Shown one piece after another: positions 34,149 to 41,368 of a DNA stretch of 41,368 nt. Numbering within the stretch: position 1 is the stretch's first letter; the number at the start of each line of letters is the position of its first letter. The DNA lies in NCBI RefSeq assembly GCF_001194135.2, contig NC_068982.1, positions 189,959,106 to 190,000,473 on the forward strand, given 5' to 3'. The notes below the pieces were generated by a model. The model had not been told where the DNA came from. It searched no databases and saw only the letters and a list, made by a program, of their open reading frames with translations. The stretch comes from Octopus bimaculoides. Lineage: Eukaryota. A program made the translations under genes and the position numbers.

Positions 34149-34494
34149 TCATTCTTTTATTTGTTCCAGTCATTTGACTGCGGCCATGCTAGAGTATTGC
34201 CTTTAGTCGAACAAATCGACCCCAGGACTTATTCTTTGTAAGCCTAGTACTTATTCTGTCGGTTTTTTTTTGCTGAACCGCTAAGTTACGGGGATGTAAA
34301 CACACCAACATCGAAACACACACATATATACGACGGGCTTCTTTCAGTTTCCGTCAACAAAATCTACTCAGGAGGCTTTGGTCGGCCCGAGGCTATAGTA
34401 GAAGACACTTGTCCGAGGTGTCACGCAGTGGGACTGAACCCCGAACCATGTGGTTGGTGAGCAAGTGTCTTACCACACAGCTACGCCTGCACCT
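34149..34494 (-). mobile_element. tRNA-SINE family A, near full length
   Basis: Colinear with 19456-19845. Confidence 0.9.
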
Positions 34495-34524
34495 ATCCAT
34501 AGAATATTTCAGTAGAATGATATA

Positions 34525-35290
34525 AAAAGGATCCTTTGAGTTTCCGAAATGCAATAAACCAGTAACCTGCAACTGTTTGTTGCATATGTCATGGTACCAA
34601 CATTTGGATTACTTGACTGGACGCTCGATGTGCTCTGGGTTATTGCCGTTAGAAAGGGTAAACTATTAACCACCACCAGATACTTCCACATCGGAGGATA
34701 GGCACTTGATTATCTAGAAATAAGAATAGAATATTGATCTATATAGCGATAAAGGATACAGGTAAACCATTTAGTTGTGACACCTGATGCAGATTCTATG
34801 GAATTAGTACCGAAGATGAGACCCACGCTATAAGCAGCTTCTGAAAATGTCCTCAAGATTTTATCTACCTATCATATCTAAGCTATAATAATCCACCTAT
34901 TAGATTTCCTCTGCAAGAATAAGCGTCCCAGAGAACTTGTTTTGAAATATATCAAAACTTTGTCCTACCGGAAAGAGTACAATCATTCCATGTAGTGAAC
35001 TTCAAGATGGAGTCACAGGACAGAGCGAGGGTGTCTTAGCCTTGGTTGTGCATTCTAGAATATATTTATACAAAGCAGTCGGTACAAAGCATAGCCTTGA
35101 ATATTACAATATAAGAATTTTCTGTTAAGTGAGAAGAAACTGGCCCCCATTATGAAAGGATATTGGTAGAACATTCTGGTCAATACCCCCGTAAAATGTA
35201 GAATAGACCAGTCAGAATGATCTGGAACTGAGAAAAATGGGGTGCTTGATAGGTAAAAGAACCCAGTTTTCTGACAATATTATCTTAAAG
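34525..35290 (+). mobile_element. Heavily decayed R4-like non-LTR C-terminal region
   Basis: YVMVPTFGLLDWT, DT*CRF..STEDETHAISS (CCHC remnant), YW*NI.V.T, NRPVRMIWN*EK (start of restriction-like endonuclease). Confidence 0.6.
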
Positions 35291-35485
35291 ATAAAAAAAA
35301 TAACAGAACCCTCTAACCTTAGATTGAGTTTTGACGGACGATGACTTTCAAGACCAGAAATGACACGGTTAATTAAAAAACTTACAATTACCAGTTATAA
35401 ATGGAACTGTGAAAATATGTAAAACATTTCAAAAGTTTAGTATGTAATATGTGCATGTACACATGCATATAAACATACAAACGTG

Positions 35486-35517
<32 letters not shown>

Positions 35518-36084
35518 TCGAGATCAAAACATGTGGATCCAAAAATGCAATGATATGCCTGCATCTACGAAAAAACACGTGTGCAGATATACATCTGTAG
35601 ACACGGAACTATCCTGCTGATTTCTAAATTCCATTAAAAACCCGAATTCGGGGTTGGAATCTGTCTTCTTTTCTCTGTTGGTGAGAAACTTTTTTCAAAT
35701 GAAAGCAGAAGATTGTACATATACGCTCAAACAGCTGCATGCATACGCATGCGTACAGCCAGATGTGCGTGCAAGCACATACACATACATGCTTACGTCC
35801 ATGTGCATACATACGCATACGCATGCGTGTGCGCACGTACATACCTACACCATGACTATCTAATTTCTCTCTGGATTCCAATGAGTTTTTTGGGGTTTTT
35901 TCGAGTTGAAAACCGGCATTTTCTCTAAAACTGATAAATTAAAAAACAAAAGCAGAATAATATATATATNNNNNNNNNNNNNNNNNNNNNNNNNNNNNNN
36001 NNNNNNNNNNNNNNNNNNNNNNNNNNNNNNNNNNNNNNNNNNNNNNNNNNNNNNNNNNNNNNNNNNNNNGTGTGTGTGTGTGTG

Positions 36085-36180
36085 TGTATGAAAGTATATA
36101 TATGTATGTGGGTATATTATGTGTGTGTGTGTGTGTATGAAAGTATATATATGTATGTGGGTATATAATGTGTGTGTGTG
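36085..36180. repeat. Two-unit tandem repeat (GT)n-ATGAAAGTATATATATGTATGTGGGTATA(T/A)TAT
   Basis: Direct reading, immediately after a gap. Confidence 0.85.
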
Positions 36181-36325
36181 TAGTCGGAATAGAAAGCATA
36201 TGTTTTCATTAACATTAATCATCAATGCAAGTTGATTCTACCCGGATGTACTGCAATGGTTAGAGTTTAACGATCTGTTATTGACCTTTTAGTTACTGTG
36301 GATATATCTTCAGTGTTTATGCAGC

Positions 36326-36380
<55 letters not shown>

Positions 36381-37490
36381 NNNNNNNNNNNNNNNNNNNN
36401 NNNNNNNNNNNNNNNNNNNNNNNNNNNNNNNNNNNNNNNNNNNNNNNNNNNNNNNNNNNNNNNNNNNNNNNNNNNNNNNNNNNNNNNNNNNNNNNNNNNN
36501 NNNNNNNNNNNNNNNNNNNNNNNNNNNNNNNNNNNNNNNNNNNNNNNNNNNNNNNNNNNNNNNNNNNNNNNNNNNNNNNNNNNNNNNNNNNNNNNNNNNN
36601 NNNNNNNNNNNNNNNNNNNNNNNNNNNNNNNNNNNNNNNNNNNNNNNNNNNNNNNNNNNNNNNNNNNNNNNNNNNNNNNNNNNNNNNNNNNNNNNNNNNN
36701 NNNNNNNNNNNNNNNNNNNNNNNNNNNNNNNNNNNNNNNNNNNNNNNNNNNNNNNNNNNNNNNNNNNNNNNNNNNNNNNNNNNNNNNNNNNNNNNNNNNN
36801 NNNNNNNNNNNNNNNNNNNNNNNNNNNNNNNNNNNNNNNNNNNNNNNNNNNNNNNNNNNNNNNNNNNNNNNNNNNNNNNNNNNNNNNNNNNNNNNNNNNN
36901 NNNNNNNNNNNNNNNNNNNNNNNNNNNNNNNNNNNNNNNNNNNNNNNNNNNNNNNNNNNNNNNNNNNNNNNNNNNNNNNNNNNNNNNNNNNNNNNNNNNN
37001 NNNNNNNNNNNNNNNNNNNNNNNNNNNNNNNNNNNNNNNNNNNNNNNNNNNNNNNNNNNNNNNNNNNNNNNNNNNNNNNNNNNNNNNNNNNNNNNNNNNN
37101 NNNNNNNNNNNNNNNNNNNNNNNNNNNNNNNNNNNNNNNNNNNNNNNNNNNNNNNNNNNNNNNNNNNNNNNNNNNNNNNNNNNNNNNNNNNNNNNNNNNN
37201 NNNNNNNNNNNNNNNNNNNNNNNNNNNNNNNNNNNNNNNNNNNNNNNNNNNNNNNNNNNNNNNNNNNNNNNNNNNNNNNNNNNNNNNNNNNNNNNNNNNN
37301 NNNNNNNNNNNNNNNNNNNNNNNNNNNNNNNNNNNNNNNNNNNNNNNNNNNNNNNNNNGGTTATACGCACTTATGTACATTCAAACGTATATATTTCCTT
37401 GCAGGTTATCGTGGGTCAAAGCCAGCCGTTCGAACTGTTCATCCGGCAAATATTAGAAACAAAACACAAAATCCAATAGCTTCACTCTCC

Positions 37491-37531
<41 letters not shown>

Positions 37532-37861
37532 GTACGTAATTATGCATGGATTAATTATTAAGTGGAAATATAAATATATAAATAAACATAAGCAATTTTG
37601 CAGTTTTATATTCGACATGTATTATTTGAGTGCGCACGCACAGACACATCGAAATCATGAAGAACTGGTAAAGTATAACTCCATCTATGAAGTAAGTGTA
37701 GGGTGAGGTAATTTAATATAATGATATATTCGAGTTTGTGTGCGGTGTAGGTAGGTAGGTAGAAGCGGAAAGTTCCGAACAGTGCTCAATGCCGTGAGGT
37801 GAGGATTGTCTAGACAGCGAAACTCTAATAATCATGTGTCATCTGCAATAACTGGTATACG

Positions 37862-38216
37862 ATTCTTAAACATGAATAGTGTTGACAGGGACTTCGATTT
37901 ATTGAAGTTAATCTTGGCTTTATATAGTTTCTGTTGACTTTAAATTCGTTCTTCGATGTGTAGGGTTGAGTGAAATGACAATTTGGCTTTAGAATGGGTC
38001 CATTTATTAAATTTGGAGGTATGTTATTGTTTAGAACAGTCCGACGATGTCTTAACTGGCCGAAATTTCAAAATAACGGTCAAAAATATTTTTGCTTAAG
38101 AAAAATAAATTTGTACTCCGCAAAAAGTATGGAGTAACCCATCAGATTAATGTAAAATTTTTATTATAACTGAACTTAAAGACAAACATATATAAATGTT
38201 TGTCTTTATGTTCAGT
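37862..38216 (+). mobile_element. PLE pLTR-like repeat, copy 2, with an inverted upstream fragment (37862-37897) and a 3' fold-back
   Basis: 38041-38190 aligns to 17931-18080; the reverse complement of 37862-37897 matches 17957-17992 at 33 of 36 positions. Confidence 0.6.
38036..38080 (+). ncRNA. Degenerate type I hammerhead (family 3)
   Basis: ACAGT-CCGACGA-T-GTC(TTAACTG)GCC-GAAA-TTTCAAAA-TA^ACGGT; complementary decay relative to 17932-17969. Confidence 0.5.
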
Positions 38217-38614
38217 AATATATATATATATATATATANNNNNNNNNNNNNNNNNNNNNNNNNNNNNNNNNNNNNNNNNNNNNNNNNNNNNNNNNNNNNN
38301 NNNNNNNNNNNNNNNNNNNNNNNNNNNNNNNNNNNNNNNNNNNNNNNNNNNNNNNNNNNNNNNNNNNNNNNNNNNNNNNNNNNNNNNNNNNNNNNNNNNN
38401 NNNNNNNNNNNNNNNNNNNNNNNNNNNNNNNNNNNNNNNNNNNNNNNNNNNNNNNNNNNNNNNNNNNNNNNNNNNNNNNNNNNNNNNNNNNNNNNNNNNN
38501 NNNNNNNNNNNNNNNNNNNNNNNNNNNNNNNNNNNNNNNNNNNNNNNNNNNNNNNNNNNNNNNNNNNNNNNNNNNNNNNNNNNNNNNNNNNNNNNNNNNN
38601 NNNNNNNNNNNNNN

Positions 38615-38766
38615 GTGTAAACAACAAACAGATGTATTAGTTTAACACTCGGGAAGTGAGAAAGTCTTTTACGTTTCGAGCCTACGCTCTTCAACAGAAA
38701 GGAACACAGAAATAAGCAGAGAGAAAATAAAAAATGTTTAGTGGCTAGCGATCTATTATGGCGAAG
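38615..38766 (-). mobile_element. PLE pLTR-like fragment carrying hammerhead family 2
   Basis: Contains the hammerhead below; pyrimidine-rich leader; runs into a gap. Repeat status is recalled, single copy here. Confidence 0.55.
38666..38701 (-). ncRNA. Minimal type I hammerhead variant (A6 to U); predicted cleavage after GUA, between 38670 and 38669
   Basis: CTTT-CTGTTGA-A-GAGC(GTAG)GCTC-GAAA-CGTA^AAAG: 4-bp helix I, 4-bp helix II with tetraloop, ACGU palindrome. Confidence 0.7.
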
Positions 38767-39143
38767 ATATATATATATATATATATATATCAAAAGATAT
38801 ATATATCAAAAGGGTGTGTTATACTATTCCACAGCAATTCAACATACCTCCATCATCAGCTGCCCCACGGATATCATGATGGTTTCGACCAGTTATATAG
38901 TTTTTATGTTCACGTATAGTTTAAACATATATGACTAAAAAAAGTAAGTACTCGTACATTTGTCAACAGAGTGGATATTTCATAAACAAAAATACAATAA
39001 TACATATTAAAATGCAATTATTATACAAAATCAGCCATTATGAGGATGCAGTATTATATAAAGGAAGAAGGTATTGAACCAGTATTTCCTTGGGTGAAAC
39101 CATCCCTTCATGAGGGTAACACAACCTCTAACTGAATCATATG

Positions 39144-39535
39144 TAGGCGCAGACTTGGCGGCATGGTAAGTAGCTTGCTTACCAACCACATGGTTCCGGG
39201 TTCAGTCCCACTGCGTGACACCTTGGGCAAGTGCTTCCTACTATAGGCTGACCAAAACCTAGTGAATGGATTGGTGGACGGAAACTGAAAGAATCCCGTC
39301 GTATAATATATATATATATATATATATGTGTGCGTGCACCTGCTTGTTCCCCGGCATCGCTTGACAATGTTGGTATGTTTACGTCTCCGTAACTTAATGG
39401 TTCGGCAAAAGAGACCGATAGAATGTGTTCTAGGCTTTAAAGAAAAAGTACGGGGTTTAATTAATTCGACTAAAATCCCCCAAGGTGATGCCCCAGCATT
39501 GCCGTAGTTAAATGACTGAACCAAGTAAAAGATAA
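39144..39535 (+). mobile_element. tRNA-SINE family A, full length
   Basis: Head, GGTTCAGTCCC, GGACGGAAACTGAAAGAA, internal (TA)n, tail AAGTAAAAGATAAA. Confidence 0.9.
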
Positions 39536-39934
39536 ACTAACAAATCGGTTGTGTGTTCAATCTCTGGTTAGTCTAGTTGTATATTAGTTTCGTTAGTGTT
39601 GTCGTGCACAACAACAACTCTAATGATTAGCGATGAACGTAGAAAGCAGGGGTTGCGGTCGATGTTGTTTGATGTTGGTCACAGCGTAAAGAAAAACATG
39701 CAGTCATGCCTCGATGACTTCATTAAGAAGACCTTTTCATTCACATGTACACTTCCTGTTGCAAACAAATATTTATTATGCTCTTAAAGCATAACACTTG
39801 TGTTTTCAATCAATCTCTCTTTCTAGCCATCCTACTTAGAAATCTATCCGTCCATTGATATACATCTGTCCGGCCATGCAGCTGTGTATCTCACAAGTCA
39901 GCTATCTTGCCTTTCCTTCTTTCTTCCTTTCCTT

Positions 39935-39972
<38 letters not shown>

Positions 39973-40141
39973 CACTTTATCTTCCTTTTACTTTACCTCT
40001 CCCTTATGCAGGCACCCATCTCTCTCTCTTTCTCTCTCTCTCTATCTTCCTTTCACTCTCTTTTTCCCTCTATCTATGCGGTCACCCGTCTCTGTCTCTG
40101 TCGCTCCCTCTGTCTATGCAGCAACCCATCTCTCTCCCTCC

Positions 40142-40178
<37 letters not shown>

Positions 40179-41044
40179 NNNNNNNNNNNNNNNNNNNNNN
40201 NNNNNNNNNNNNNNNNNNNNNNNNNNNNNNNNNNNNNNNNNNNNNNNNNNNNNNNNNNNNNNNNNNNNNNNNNNNNNNNNNNNNNNNNNNNNNNNNNNNN
40301 NNNNNNNNNNNNNNNNNNNNNNNNNNNNNNNNNNNNNNNNNNNAGCCTGTCGTCTGCTTTTTTTCCCATTCAGTTATTTATTTGTTTCTGTATTTATTGA
40401 CTTATTTATTTTCATTTGCGCATTCCGTCATTGAATGTGGTGAAATAAGTGTTGTTTCCAATGAGTTTTTATTAAATTTGTAGTCTTTATTCTGTTGGTG
40501 ACGTGACCCGTGAAATGTTGATGATGAGGAATCATCGACCACGACACAACAACATGCACGCCTCTCTCCTCCTTCCATCGCTCTCCTGGACTCGACCCGT
40601 AACCACCACCACCACCACCATCACCACAATAACAACAACAAAGAACAATAGCATCAACAGCATTTAAAAATACAGTAATAACAAGAAGAATAATTTCAAT
40701 AATATGACCGAAAACAACAAACAAAACTCGATGACGGCAACGGAGGTTTACAGGCATGAAAAACTGAGCTTTTTCTTTACATCATATTCCGGTCGTTCAG
40801 GCGGTGTTGGTGGTGGTTGTCGTAGTACTTCTGGTGCTGGGGGTGGTAGTGTTACAAGAGTGGCCTTTATTGTAAACCATTGTTGTGCGAAAAGAAAAAC
40901 AGGGATAATGCCTGATCAAATCCTTTTTTTTCTTCTAATCGTTACTTCCATACCTGAACGTCCTAAGTTCAAATCCTGACTACCTCGTTTTTCTTGATAT
41001 ATAAAAGTTGTACACCATTTCAAACAATATTTATATATTATTTA

Positions 41045-41352
41045 TTGGCACTCTCGGCGGTTACGACGATGACGGTTCCGGTTGATCCAATCAACGGAAC
41101 AGTCTGCTCGCGAAATTAAGAGCAAGTGGCACGAGCGCTCCACAGACACATGTACCCTTAACGTAGTTCACGGGGGGTGGGGGGATTCAGCAAGATAAAA
41201 TAATGTGACACGGTTGGTCCTTTGAAATACAGGTACAACTGGGCTGGAGCAACACGAAATATAGTGTCTTGCTCAAGGACACAGTGTGTCGCGGGAATCG
41301 AACTCATGACCTTACGATTGTGAGCCGCATACACAAACCACTAAGCCACGTG
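41045..41352 (-). mobile_element. tRNA-SINE family E (CORE-like middle), tail type Z
   Basis: Minus strand GTGGCTTAGTGG, GAGTTCGATTCCC, CCTTGAGCAAGACAC, tail ending GAGAGTGCCAA. Confidence 0.88.
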
Positions 41353-41368
41353 ATTTTACACTATATAT

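Overview
Repeat-dense, apparently gene-poor eukaryotic window, most likely an octopus draft scaffold (inference from the recognisable tRNA-SINE families, microsatellite load and gap pattern). It has 11 N-gaps (~3.9 kb), mostly beside dinucleotide runs, and no convincing host protein-coding ORF; the long ORFs in the track are gap or microsatellite artefacts. Content: about 30 copies or fragments of five tRNA-derived SINE families (my labels A-E), decayed non-LTR fragments (R4/Dong-like, RTE), two Penelope-like element (PLE) ORF remnants, a deleted mariner, a DD37D (maT) transposase remnant, mariner and piggyBac MITEs, a probable solo LTR and a Helitron-like end. The main signal is RNA structure. 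Three unrelated repeats carry minimal type I hammerhead ribozymes with one extra nucleotide after A9 and a palindromic helix III. One of them sits inside a Pol III tRNA-headed SINE that has a 5' fold-back hairpin and, in one locus, is inserted as a Penelope-style inverted composite between 12-bp direct repeats. All assignments are by eye; no searches or folding programs were run.
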